A DNA stretch of 62,701 nucleotides, counting the filler, from Globobulimina sp. (taxonomy: Eukaryota), in assembly GCA_003354225.1 (NCBI GenBank). It is 25 parts of 25 records of this genome, joined end to end, with 100 filler letters (N's around TTAATTAATTAA, not from the genome) between each part and the next. Parts side by side here need not be neighbours in the genome. Positions count along the whole stretch, not along the records: positions 45,231 to 47,641 come from PIVH01006839.1; positions 47,742 to 50,151 come from PIVH01006840.1; positions 50,252 to 52,661 come from PIVH01006841.1; positions 52,762 to 55,171 come from PIVH01006842.1; positions 55,272 to 57,681 come from PIVH01006843.1; positions 57,782 to 60,191 come from PIVH01006844.1; 19 more parts are not named here. The stretch is one strand, 5' to 3'. The notes under the pieces were generated by a model. It did not search any database, had not been told where the DNA came from, and saw nothing but the letters and a program-made list of their open reading frames with translations. Positions 47,238 through 60,291 of this stretch are shown here, one piece after another (positions within the stretch are counted from its first letter, which is position 1; each line of letters starts with the position of its first letter). The position numbers and the translations under genes were made by a program.

Positions 47238-48022
47238 AGCGCCACATTGTCTGTGCAGTGCAGTGCACTCGCCAAAATTTCTGAGGAGAAGGAATTCACC
47301 CAGTTTATATGTAACACCAGCACTGATGATACATCATTTTGGATATTAAACCGTCCTGACTTTGTTGACCATGGCGCAACCACAGTTTAACAGGGATCAT
47401 GTGCATGATTTAGGAAACAAATATGACAGACAATCCTTTCCGTATTCACTTTACCAACACTCATTTGCATTGATCACAATTCCAAAAGACTTCTCATCAC
47501 ACAAAGACAATTTATTTAACATATTTAAACAGTTATTTGATTCAAACGAACATTTGAAATGTTCTGTTAATGATAGATTTATGGGACATATATCCACACC
47601 AAAAGTTAAGGTATTGTATCACAGGACGTAAAATTTGATATNNNNNNNNNNNNNNNNNNNNNNNNNNNNNNNNNNNNNNNNNNNNTTAATTAATTAANNN
47701 NNNNNNNNNNNNNNNNNNNNNNNNNNNNNNNNNNNNNNNNNAAGCAGTATTAACAAGTTTATAATCCAGTGCATTTTGAAACAAGTACAAAAAACAGCAA
47801 CTGGAAAACGGATTTTGTAGATTTAGAAAAAGGATATTAGTGCTATTTTCGACAACTTCGTTGGACAAATCCGACTGAATCGCGATAAATTAAATGTGTT
47901 GGGTATCAAAAATATCAGCTGTTTGTGATTAGAATTTTGATTCTCAACACTGTACATTTAATTTATCGGATTTATCCAATGTTTTATGCGATGATATATC
48001 CATTTAATTAAGGTAACACTTT

Positions 48023-50151
48023 TTATGTAATATTTAAATACCCTTTAATTTTTTTACAATGTGTTTGTTTGTGGACATATATATATTTATACACCAAAAG
48101 ACCATCCATAAGTAACAAGCATCCAATTAAGACCGCGCTCATAACATAATTTTGAATACAAAAAATAGAAAATGAGGATATTAATAGTTGCTCAAATACA
48201 ACGCCTAAAACCAAAAATTGTATTGGAAATGATAAAACATTTTGGTAATAACATACATCCCATTTCATTTTATCAATCATAATCTTATAAAAATACTTAT
48301 TTGACTCAATTGCTACCAACGTGATTGGTAATATCAATGGCGTAATCAATGAAAATGTAATAACTAACTCCAATTTATTTATAAGCATACAATATTCCAT
48401 ATCAATTACTGTCCTATTCTTTGAATATTTGTTTCGAAAATATTTAATGCAACACAACTTTGCACATATTTTCTGCCTCAAAGTCTTGATAAATATCACA
48501 AAAATTGGCATAAATATCATAATAATTATTTTTAACATAACAACCTGACACCACCGATACATAAACGCTCGGATACATTTACTCCAATCAATATCATACA
48601 ATCTTCTGCGATCACATACATCCGACGGTGTTATTAATTGAGTATATGGCAAACTTGGATGATATCCATTGGCAACAAGGCCCTGCCAGTTGATAGATAT
48701 AAAATATTCTCCAACATAGAAATATTTGCTTGCATTGTCGCCATGACAGTCGCTCCAAAATATAACCCACGAACGGCCGCAATCCTGCAACAATAAAATG
48801 GATGAAATACAAGGGATCACTATGGTAGTTAACGTCCGCAAACATAAAATTGTCGGTGTTCGATGCGTTGTTAAAATACCAACATAACAAGCAAGGGAAT
48901 CAACTAAATGTGGAACCACAATGGATGCATTAAACGCCAACACAAAGGATACGCCATTGATCACTAAATCTCTCATATCGTCGTTCAATGATAATATATT
49001 ATTATTCGGTAACGATTCACAAATGACATAAAAAACAGTAAAGGTAACACCGCACAAAAAAGTAAGGCACAAAAACGTAATCCATAATACTTGTAATATA
49101 TGATCACATTTCGTAATTTTTGTTGGATGAATGTTATGGTTTTCGTTTGATTTTCCTCTAAAACTAAATCGTGACACTACTAATAATTTGCTGTTCATTG
49201 AATAATCCGAATTGAGTCGAGATTGTCGAATATTGAAAGAATATAATCGAATAATGGTGATTATGACCATTATATTGAATGCAATAAATATTAACATTAG
49301 TAACCAATTTTGAAAATGATTTGGATTATTTTCATATGGATTGTCATCATTATTTGCTGTATAATACCAGCACAAACTAAACCAAGTTAAGAATGGAGTA
49401 CATTTTGAATCATAATATGTCGATTGTAATGCATATATAATACATAATATCACAACACAAATTAATAATTTATAATCTTCAAAGTCACGAACAATTTTAC
49501 CAACATTATCAGTGAAGGAAAATGATGTGTTGGCGTCAGAATCATTCACAATATCCACTTTATAATATAGTTTGTAAATTATTTTAAGAATCCACAATTC
49601 CAAACAAATAAAAGCAAAAACAACAATTAAATCAGATTCAAGCAATTGGAATTCTGTTATGTAGAGATTTTGGGCAGTTCCGAATGGAGAATTAACCCAT
49701 TTTGGTAACTTTGAAGACAAACAACGAAATAAATTGCTGGCTAATACCAATCGATGCCATCTTGTTTTATTTAAATACTTAATATGTTTCGAAGCATTGA
49801 TAATTTTATTATTTGTTATGTTAAAATGTTCAGAGATAAATTGTGGAGGAAGATCACAGGACATTCGATTATTATACAATGTCAATGCACTTAATGTTGT
49901 ATGCTCGAAAGATAAATGCATTGGAATGGAGCCAGTGATATCTGTGTTATGCGCTAGAAAATATTGCAAAACCATAGCTACATTATCATCAAATCCAGGG
50001 TCGGGTATCACGCCATGGATTCGTGGATTGTTAAACAATGTTAAAGTGGGAAGAACGGCGTTTGGTTTGTTTAAAGAATTTAAGGTAGCATATTGATTCC
50101 CAAGTACTGATGAATTATAGTCAATCATTACATATAAGAGAAAAAATAAGG
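48023..50151 (-). CDS. LRR-ectodomain multi-pass membrane protein, 5' partial
   Basis: LRR units (LTLFNN.RIHG.IP, FLAHNT.ITGSIP, LTLYNNRMSC.LP) followed by roughly 10 hydrophobic helices. Confidence 0.78.
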
Positions 50152-50251
50152 NNNNNNNNNNNNNNNNNNNNNNNNNNNNNNNNNNNNNNNNNNNNTTAAT
50201 TAATTAANNNNNNNNNNNNNNNNNNNNNNNNNNNNNNNNNNNNNNNNNNNN

Positions 50252-52405
50252 CACCCAATACATTCATGCGTGGATACACAACTTTTTCTGTCAACGGCAC
50301 AAAAACTATGATAGTGATGGTTGAGATCAGTGACAGCGACGAGATTGGGAACACAAAACCATTCCCCATCACCACATTCATTTGGCAGCCTTGCGAGTAA
50401 ACCAATGTCAACAGATTTGTGTATATAATATATGCCACAGGAAAGGGGATAAGTGCGGGCAACGCCGATATGGCAGTTTTGATATCTTCCACGAACATAT
50501 CTGAAAATTCGCCACCGTTGCTTTGTTTGCCCCAATCCAACATCGACGACCTCATCACACCGTAATTGTAGCTCATCGATGGTGTGTTTGGAGTGTTTGG
50601 TGTGTTTGGAGTCCTTGCTACAGTGTGGATGCTTTGCTTTGGTGTTGTCATTGTATTCATATTCACATTCACTTTCAATGGCAGTGATTCGTTGTCTTCC
50701 GAAAGTATCCCAATTGGCGAAGCTTGCATACTTCGCAGTTTTAACGGCGAGACCGCTGCTTGTGGCGATAGCGGCTGTGTTGACAAACTCTGTGGGTATG
50801 ATATGGCTCTCACTGGCGGCGCTTTTTTGCCTTTACAGCGAGCACGGCACGACACGCAACTCACTTTGATAAAATCACCAAATATGGAACCTTCCGGAGG
50901 GACGCAAATGAAGTAATTCTTGGCGCTGTAATAGCTCGCAATCGCTGCATACATGCAAAGCAACAGAAAAAACACACAACATGTCATGATGTTGAGTTAA
51001 GCTGAAAAACTGTTTTTTAAAGTTAAGTAACATCAAACCATGACAAGCTAAACTTGATTTTCAGAGATCCAGAGATCACATACCAAAAATGAGTGCAATA
51101 CACGCTAAAGACCACCCGATGGAAAAATCGATGTTCTGACAAATGTAGGCAATGACTGACGAAGCAAATATTGCACCCACTTGATTGGCCCAATACAACC
51201 AGCCAAAAAACGAAGACCTTTTCTGTTTTGCAATTTGTTTATCCGCCAAGGATCGTTTGTGTTTGGCATCAAACTGATCCGCACCCAGCGGCGACAGCGT
51301 TGGCTTAAAGCCACCAAAACCAACGCCGACAATCAACATTCCAAACCAAAACAGTCCATGTGTCGCAGTATAATATTTAACACCGAAATATGTAGAAATT
51401 GCAATTAAAAACATTCCAATCAAAAATATATACTGTGCTATCACTAAAGTTTTAGCTCTGCCCCATTTGGCATCTGCGCAATATGCAGAGAGCAGTGGGG
51501 TTAAATAGCACAATCCTGTCCATATTGAGATGGCCATGGCTGCCGAGGATGAGCTCATTTGTAAATCGGTCCTCATATATAAAGTTATTGACGATAACAA
51601 TCCTGTTGCAGTGCATTCATTTTTTGTATATACATTATTTATATATATATATATGCATTTGGAGTCATTTTGGACGCATATTGATTGTGTAAAAAATGCA
51701 TAGAAATGCATCAAACATACCAGAATAAGCCAGTTGATCATGAAAACGCATTTGCATCAAAGCAGAGATGCACACTTTTAATCGTTTAGCTTCATCACCT
51801 TTCCATTTTATATTTTTTTTTGGATCCGCTGTTTTGCGCCGTAATCGCTTGCCGGTTTTACTAGTTTTTTTATGTAAAAGTGGTCCTTTTAAGGCCTGTG
51901 AGACGACGCCGGGGAACAACAAAGAGGTGCTCTGTGTGACCGGTGGGGAATGGCTGAGAATGTGTCGTTGTTTTGGTATTGGACTGATTTGTGAGGAAGT
52001 TTGTAATGAAAATGAAGGGATTTCAATGTGATCGGTATCATAATCGCTATCCGTTTCCCATTCAGAGGAAGACCATTCTTCTTCATCTTCGTATTGTGTT
52101 TTTTGGGTCCATTTTTTATATTTTTTGCGGGCCCATTTGCTTACTGATTCCATGTAATTTCTTTGTTTTGTTTTGGACAAACGCAATTTTGCAGGCGATG
52201 AATAATGGCGTAATACGTTGTGGCGTTTATATTGTCGATGTAATGTTGGTCGTAGTTCGGGTGTGGTTGGTAAAGCGCATTGTTGCGGTGGATATTGTTT
52301 TAGGTCGTTTAGTGATAAGTCACTCATTTCTTGTAAGTAGTTGATATTTTCATCATATCGGATACGTTGGTTGGTGTATTCCCAAAATTGTTCAAAGGAA
52401 AACAT
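50252..52405 (-). CDS. POT/PTR2 proton-dependent oligopeptide transporter with long N-terminal extension, multi-exon, 3' partial
   Basis: YLTPLLSAY.AD..WGR..T, G.GGFKP.LSPLGADQF, SFF.W.YW..Q.GA, PPEGS, LVYSQG.QM. Confidence 0.88.
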
Positions 52406-52762
52406 GATGTTGAGGTTTTCTGATAAATTATTGACAAAGTTTTCTGTAAATAAATATAATAAAATAGTTATACGCAGTATACAAACTCCATTATATTAAA
52501 AATTATAATTTACTCTCATTTGAACGTGCATTACCAACATCTATCATTGCTTTACAAATATAACCATTTTTAACATCATTAATTGCGCATTTAAAATCAT
52601 TAAAATTATACAATTTAACAATAGACATTTCTTGTACCATATTTAAATCCATATATTTCTGNNNNNNNNNNNNNNNNNNNNNNNNNNNNNNNNNNNNNNN
52701 NNNNNTTAATTAATTAANNNNNNNNNNNNNNNNNNNNNNNNNNNNNNNNNNNNNNNNNNNNA

Positions 52763-53405
52763 TATGGCATTTGTGGAGCACCGGCAGCAAAGACGCCGGA
52801 TAATCGAGTGGTGGTTGTTGGCGGTGCTGGACGTAATACAATGACCGTATATACTCCATACACAAAAAAGGAAGATCATGAAGTTGAAGAAATTCCATTT
52901 CAGATTGGAGAAGGACCATCGATTGTATTTGATGATAAAATGGGCAAAAAATAAAGCAAATCGGGAAATAGTTTCATTGGGAAATACACCAAATTCATGT
53001 TATTATTCAGGAATTGTTCATTATAACAACAAATTATATGTAATGGGCAGTTATGATGGAAAACAAGATTCTTTATGGATTTATGACATCGCGAACCAAA
53101 CATGGAAAAATGGACCAAATATTCCATTGAACAGAAGCGGTTTTGGCTGTCATCTCATAAATGATGAAGATATTATTTTAGTGGGTGACCGTTATGGAAG
53201 TAAAGATTCCGATGTTATCTTATTGTATAATATTAAAACAAATAAATGGCGGAAAGCTAAAACCAAATTAAAACATACCATTGGTTTTCATGCAAGTGCG
53301 TTATTGCCACAAAGGCGTGAAATACATGGATTTAGCGGTTATAGTACAGATTCGGATAGAAATGTTTCACGCAATGTTGACACTCATTTTGTTGTTAAAT
53401 ATTGA
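52763..53405 (+). pseudogene. Kelch-repeat protein C-terminus with apparent frameshift at ~52937-52950
   Basis: The frame from 52763 gives VVVVGG..YTP and stops at ~52954. Kelch blades continue in another frame (KLYVMG..WIYD..W; LYNIKTNKW). Confidence 0.6.
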
Positions 53406-53539
53406 ACAAAATGTTTCATTTAAACTGTAAATGACTTTAGCAACAGTATTTCCTCAAAAATCCGATGAAAACCCATCTGAAAACACATGAACATATTCAC
53501 TCGGAGCGTACATAAGAAAGCAAAAAAAAAAGAAAAGAG

Positions 53540-55144
53540 TCAAACAATAGGGCCATATGGATCTTGCGTTTTATTTTTCCACGGTATCCTAAACTGCTGC
53601 ATTCCGCCTTTTCTGTATTCCGGACACAAATCTGGCGACAACTTGCTTAGATTATGAATGTTAATCCTTGTAAACTTCCAGAAATCCTCCACATCCCTCT
53701 TATCGCCCAGACCATAGACGTCGGCCTCCCTCAAATCGATCGAGGTGATCGGTATAAAATTGTGCAGCACATAGTGCAAACCCATGATATAATTCAATCT
53801 GAATTCAGAATACCTTGTGATTTTCCATTGCTTCTTTTTTTGCCAATCATCAGATTCCCAGAACACAGGCCTTATCTTGGCGTCATTTGGCGAATATAAA
53901 TGATACGCAACATCGGCATTTGGCGCGTAAAAATCATAGCCATTGGTCCACATCCTGACGGCCATAGACATTTCTTCTCCGTCAAACACAAACGCTGCGT
54001 AAGGATCGTACGGAACATTGACGATTCGATGTCCTCTTTGAAACGAAAAGCCTGCGGCAAAAAAGCCAGTCAATATCGGCTTGCCAGGGTTTTTGATAAT
54101 GTTTGCTGGCGATAACTTGAATGATTTGGTCAACTTATCCACCAACACACCGGTCTTACATATAACATATATGTCATTGCTATACGAGGCATCCAACGGC
54201 GTCCAGTGCCACAAAGTAGGGTTTTGCAGCGGTTTCGGATAAGTCGAGATTACGCCATAGTCATTGTTCAATTGCAAGTGCATTTGAATCAAAATGGTGT
54301 CCCAATTGAGTGCAAAAGCAGTGTGCGAATCCATTTGCAAATAATAGTCTTCATTCTGGTAAAACAATTCCGCGCGATAACGCCCGTAAGTTGGCCCTAA
54401 GCCATCGCGCCAAGCCACTCGTTGCGTTTTTATTTGATGCAATCTGCCGCATAGAACATGAGGTTTGTCCCTGTAGCGCTGCTGCCATTTATTCTTTTTC
54501 TGTTTCCGTTGCAGTTTCTCCACTTCTGCAGCTGTCAAGTTTTTTAGTTTGGCGCTTTTCTGCAGCTCCTTTTCGACATTGTCGTGCTGGAACATGTAGG
54601 AATACTTAGTTTGGTCACTGTGCATGTCACAGTTTAGTACATCACGGAAATCAGCACAGTCTTCGTCGGTCTTCATGTCGTTTTGGGTGAAGATACCTAT
54701 TCGTAAACGGTCCGGATACTCACTGTGCTCAAACACTTGTAACACTGTGTTGCGACATTCGGGGTCTCGGTACGCTGCGATTGCCACGAAGATTGTCGCG
54801 TGTTTTATGGCGGAATACTTGGCGCTCTCTCTCGACACTAATATGGAGACTGTTTTTGTGTGTTTCGATATCCATTTGGGCAGTAATGCGTCGTTGATTA
54901 TTATCTCGTCCATATTCAACACTGGACAGTTAAACATTGCGGTGAGAATAAAAAATGTTAGCATTGGACTGCATAATATGCAACACCAACATATGATGGA
55001 TAAACATGGGAATCTGGATCTTATTCTGAATAAGTGGCTCCTTTTAGTCTTAGAAGTTAACATATTTAAACTGTCAGTAAGAGTCGCTTGAAAATTTAAA
55101 ACTTGAAAACAAAGTCCTCGGAATTTGACATTATTATTAGTCAC
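53540..55144 (-). CDS. GT60 family GlcNAc-transferase (Gnt1/polypeptide GlcNAcT-like), type II membrane
   Basis: IFVAIAAYRDPEC, GPTYGRY, YLQMDSH, STYP, FAAGFSF, VPYDP, FDGEE, RMWTNGYD.Y.P; N-terminal TM segment. Confidence 0.9.
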   Translation of the reverse strand: MTNNNVKFRGLCFQVLNFQATLTDSLNMLTSKTKRSHLFRIRSRFPCLSIICWCCILCSPMLTFFILTAMFNCPVLNMDEIIINDALLPKWISKHTKTVSILVSRESAKYSAIKHATIFVAIAAYRDPECRNTVLQVFEHSEYPDRLRIGIFTQNDMKTDEDCADFRDVLNCDMHSDQTKYSYMFQHDNVEKELQKSAKLKNLTAAEVEKLQRKQKKNKWQQRYRDKPHVLCGRLHQIKTQRVAWRDGLGPTYGRYRAELFYQNEDYYLQMDSHTAFALNWDTILIQMHLQLNNDYGVISTYPKPLQNPTLWHWTPLDASYSNDIYVICKTGVLVDKLTKSFKLSPANIIKNPGKPILTGFFAAGFSFQRGHRIVNVPYDPYAAFVFDGEEMSMAVRMWTNGYDFYAPNADVAYHLYSPNDAKIRPVFWESDDWQKKKQWKITRYSEFRLNYIMGLHYVLHNFIPITSIDLREADVYGLGDKRDVEDFWKFTRINIHNLSKLSPDLCPEYRKGGMQQFRIPWKNKTQDPYGPIV

Positions 55145-55417
55145 TGTTCGTTCTGTTGCAATCGTAATTATNNNNNNNNNNNNNNNNNNNNNNNNNNNNN
55201 NNNNNNNNNNNNNNNTTAATTAATTAANNNNNNNNNNNNNNNNNNNNNNNNNNNNNNNNNNNNNNNNNNNNCATGAGTGCTGGTCTCGTTTCACATGTTG
55301 TTCTAAATGGACAATCATATTCATTACAATTCTAGCTGTCATTTGTACTTTTTGTACATTGCAAACATTATAATTTTTTAGCTCAATTTTCCATGATTTT
55401 ATCTCGAGTAAAAAAAA

Positions 55418-57681
55418 ATGGATACTAGTAGTAAACTAAAGAATGAGATTGATTTTACGATATTTGATTCAACAGAAATACTTTGTGATGAATGTAAAAC
55501 TGATATTATCTCAAATTGTTCAGCACTAAAACGAATAAGTGTAGCATTAAAATATTATGATTTATTATGTGGTAATAATAATAGTCCGGTAGGTCGTGAA
55601 TTATTTATTCCATTTTGTTGCGAAAAATATGATAATTTTTTGAATGATTATATTCATATTATTAAATGTCATGGTGATAGTAATTCATTAGTCGACATTA
55701 GCAACGAATTAATTGGGAGACATAGATTTAAAATATGTGATATAGCTTCATGTAAGAAGTTTGTTCGACATTTTGGTCGAGGAATAGATTTTGAGAATGA
55801 TATTAAATATTCATTTTATTCACAATATTGTGATAATATTCATTTCTTTTTCTTTCATTTATTTGATATGGCATTAAGAAGTGAAACAATTGCAAATGAG
55901 AAGAAAATGGATGATGACATGATACATTTTGTATCTGTGGATAATATATTTGCAACAAAAAGAGACAAAATAAGAAAAATCAAGCAAAAATATGCAAATG
56001 ACATTGACAGATTTAATCTTGATCAAAATACTAAATTTAATATAAAAATAACTCAACAAGAAAATGAAGAAAATAAAGAAATTACAGATACAACATTTTT
56101 AGATGAATTATATCAACATATACAAGATAAGGATAACAAGGTAGCAAATGACGATTTTACTGAGTTTACAGAGTATATCGAAGATAATGAATATGATACC
56201 GACGCACTCAAAGATGATATGAAAGATATTGGGTCAAATATATTTGTTTATATTCAAAAGAAAGTTGCAGAATTAGTTAAAAATTATATTAAATATAATA
56301 AGTTATCATCGACATCGCTTTCAACGGGTTTTAACTGGAATTATTGGGAGGATGACGATGAATTATTCGTGTCATCATATTATGCTTCGTTAAAAGAAGA
56401 GATATTATCCTCAGGATTCGTATCCATACAACACTGGAATGAGAAAATTATGTTTAAAGCACAAGAACTGATTCAAACTAAACGCGCAAAAAACATTAAA
56501 GCTGAATTCGAGGGCAGTTATCTCACCAATATACCAAAAGGTGCTTCAATAACCGTACCACATTTAGCATCACTGATATTATACTGCGATTGGAGCGCTT
56601 TAAGCAGTGCTTTTAGTGCTACTTTTCGCAAAAATAATATGTTCGAACCAATGGAATTCACAAAACAAAGGAACTCAAAATATTTTAATTTGAGTAAGTT
56701 ATTGGTTGAATGCGTAAACGAGTTTGGTATTTGTGGTGCCAGTACAAGCCGAGAGGTTGAATGTGGCCCATTTTATTGCGGAATTGATTGCGTTCTTAAT
56801 ATCCCAGTATTTGCTATCACATTTTTGGGGCCGTGTTCTACGAGCAAACAGATAGCGATTTCAATGAACTTTGCAAAACGGTCTGGGATTATTATGCAAT
56901 TAGAAAATGATGGAGATGGTGCATATCAACAGTTTTTTGACTGTTCGTGGATTTCAAATTATGCAGAAGAGGATGAACGCATTTTTGTGAGTGGTAACCG
57001 GACGATGGCATTAAGGATGGTGTCAATACGGATAATAGATACAAGTAAAAATTATGAGTTATATTGCCATGCGTTTTATTTATTTGATGCAATGGTAACA
57101 TGTATTGTATTGGATGAGAATATTATTATTAACGCCTCAGATATTCAAATATTAAATCGGTTAATAAATAATAAAATAAATAATACGGAATATGAATTTG
57201 ATCCCTATATGGTTGATACTTTTGACTTATATTGTCATAAAAAAGAAGAGATTCGGATATCATTTCGGTTCATAGATAAATATTTTTCAAAATTGAGTGG
57301 TTTAATAATGACAGATATTATTAATTATGGTGTAAAGAATAAGAAACGAGATGATTCTCTCAATTTATTAACACCACAAATATTCCAAATATTTCCAAAC
57401 TTAGAGGAAGTTTTTATTTATACGACAACGGCGGCTGATCTTACAGAAAAGGGAGAATATCCAATATATAGTTTTTCATTATCATCATTTCTATCAATGA
57501 TTGAGTTTGGTAAACCATCGACAATATATTATGTAACTGCATATCGTCAAGAAGATGATAATGATAATTTTACAGGAGTTACATGGTTGGACGATATTCC
57601 TTCTTCATCAACAGATAATGGATGGAATATTGAAAAGGAAAATCACGATACGTGCGATTGTTTAACTATTTTAAAGACTTA
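55418..57681 (+). CDS. Large hypothetical protein with ADP-ribosyltransferase-like (R-S-E type) motifs
   Basis: ILYCD, GPFYCG, PCSTS, FA..SGIIMQL, FFDCSWISNYAEEDERIF; His/Cys-rich N-terminal region. Confidence 0.6.
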
Positions 57682-57783
57682 NNNNNNNNNNNNNNNNNNN
57701 NNNNNNNNNNNNNNNNNNNNNNNNNTTAATTAATTAANNNNNNNNNNNNNNNNNNNNNNNNNNNNNNNNNNNNNNNNNNNNGA

Positions 57784-59670
57784 TATTATTTAACATTTAA
57801 TTTATCGCCACAAACCCACATAAATTATATCGTACAACGCATATATTTGGACATTAAAGATATTAAAAACATTCGTTTTTACACACAACAATTTCGTACA
57901 AAGAAACTTTTCCATTATCTGTCATCTGTCATACTGTCCAAAATTGAGTATCCAGTGTTATTATTTGCTTGTTCCACCGCTAAAAAAGACAGTAAATCCT
58001 TAAAACAAATGTATTATCGTATCATTAGATTACTTTTCAATGCATTACATACCATACCTTTAGATATATTAATTATACTTACTCCGTTTGTACATTATGA
58101 TAATTATATTGATATAAAATTGATTAAAAATTGGATTGGTTTATTATATTTGCATGATCGTAACATTTTATTTGATATAATTGCCAATCATTGGATGCCT
58201 ATTTGGAATAACCACATGTTATCATCTGTAAATATCAAGACACAAAAAGCGAAGTTGCAGTATATGAGAACCTATGATCGTAGAAATCCATTATTTAGGA
58301 TCTTTTTACTCGCAAAACAATATAAAATAATGCATTTTATAAATTATAATTGGCGATTTAATATGAATGAGAATGGCCGTAAAATTAAATTCATCCCATC
58401 CTACATTAATAAATGTAAATATATTGAATATATAAACGATTTGTATACAGAAACACAATTAAATAACAATTCACATGATACACTATATGCATTTACCGAT
58501 GGTTCTATCTTTAAAAATTGTGCAGGTATTGGCATATTGATAGAAATCCATAAAATTCACAATCATTTGCATGGTAACAAATATCAGGATAATATACAAA
58601 ATAATATAAATATGCATATACAGAATATCTGCGTTGATACTGATATTGATGTCTATTCACAGATAAATCGTTGCTTACAATATAATGTTGTTGCTATACA
58701 TCAAGATTTACTATCAATTGGCTTTGCAACTGATATAAATGTGGTGGAATTAATAGGAATACTCACCACAATTCAACAAATAATGAAATTACCAGATGAT
58801 TTTCTTGAAAACTATCGATTTGTCCATATTATTTCCGATAATATTAATGCCTTATTATGGTTGGCAAAATTACAAATAACGCATGATTATGTTTTAATAA
58901 AATACATTAAACGCATTCACCGCGATATTACTTATTTGTATACCAAATATAAAATCATAATACGTCTACAAAAATGTAAACGTGACACTAATCACGGAAT
59001 TCGCATCGCAGATATCTTCGCAAAGAAAGCAGCCCAAAATTGTTATGATAATAAGTATAATAAAAATAAATATGATTCATTACCCGTTTCCGAGAAAGTT
59101 GCAAAGAAATTAATTAGAAATTCAATAATTAATACGTTGAAATTTAATGATATTCACACATTGAAAGATTCTCATCTGATTTCACATAATATTTATAAAT
59201 GGAAATGGCACATATTACGGCATTTTGATGCAAAGAAAGAATTACATTTAATCCAATATCAATCAATGATTTTACTACAACTGCGATCAGGTCATATTCC
59301 TTTGAACCTTTATCATCATATACGACAACATCGAGCATATTATGACCACCAAAATCGCCGTAACAAAGGACATATTGAATATATTCATTGTGGCTCGAGT
59401 TGCTGTGTCGCAAATTGTAGTGGAAGGTGCCGTTTCTGTCATGATATAGAAGATGTTAATCACTTTTTATTATTTTGCCCGCAATATAACAAATCACGCA
59501 CCCTTTTAATGGATATCATCTCTGAATACTACAAAAATAGCCAATGGGATATTGAACGAAAGACGTTACTATTTCCGCCGACTGATATACGATGGAGACA
59601 TCGCAAATTGATCTTGCAATCGATAGTTACTTTTGTAACTATGACGGGACGCTTAAGGTATTCTAAATAA
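57784..59670 (+). mobile_element. Non-LTR retrotransposon ORF2 3' half: RT thumb, RNase H, CCHC zinc finger
   Basis: Frame open from the contig edge (YLTFNLSPQTHI); RNase H acidic residues in FTDGS, VELIGI, ISDN and IADIFAK; LLQLRSGH..LN and CRFC..EDVNHFLLFC. Confidence 0.88.
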
Positions 59671-59879
59671 TTTATTGAATCAATCGTTTCTGTCATTATT
59701 TATTGTATACTAATTTAATAATCATTTGACTTAGATTCCATTGCATTTATACATATTTCTTTATTTACTTTTGTTTTGCCATTTGTTAGGCTCTTTTTGC
59801 CATGGTGGCCTTTAATATAATAAACGAGTTTCTGTCACTAAAGAATTTGTTTGATTTCTTTTGCATTTATGTTATGTCT

Positions 59880-59905
59880 CAAACCTATAAGGAGTTATAG
59901 GTTTG
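59880..59905 (+). other. Perfect 11-bp hairpin in the LINE 3' UTR
   Basis: CAAACCTATAA-GGAG-TTATAGGTTTG. Confidence 0.75.
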
Positions 59906-60291
59906 CATGCTTTACACCGCACTCTTTAGGTTTTCCCTTTGAGAGCGTTTCTATTGATTTGTATATAACATATTATGAATATAAGTTATTTAATTAAATT
60001 CATCTTACTCTTTATCCTCACCCCCTTGAAAAATTATTTTTGTTACAATGCGCCAGAAAAAAAACTCAAAATAATAGAAAAGTTTATAATGAACAAAATT
60101 AATACTTAAACAACAGAAAAATAATAAAAAAAGACAGAAACAAAGCAAAAAAACGAGAAGAAAACACAACAAACAAATATACATAATATTANNNNNNNNN
60201 NNNNNNNNNNNNNNNNNNNNNNNNNNNNNNNNNNNTTAATTAATTAANNNNNNNNNNNNNNNNNNNNNNNNNNNNNNNNNNNNNNNNNNNN

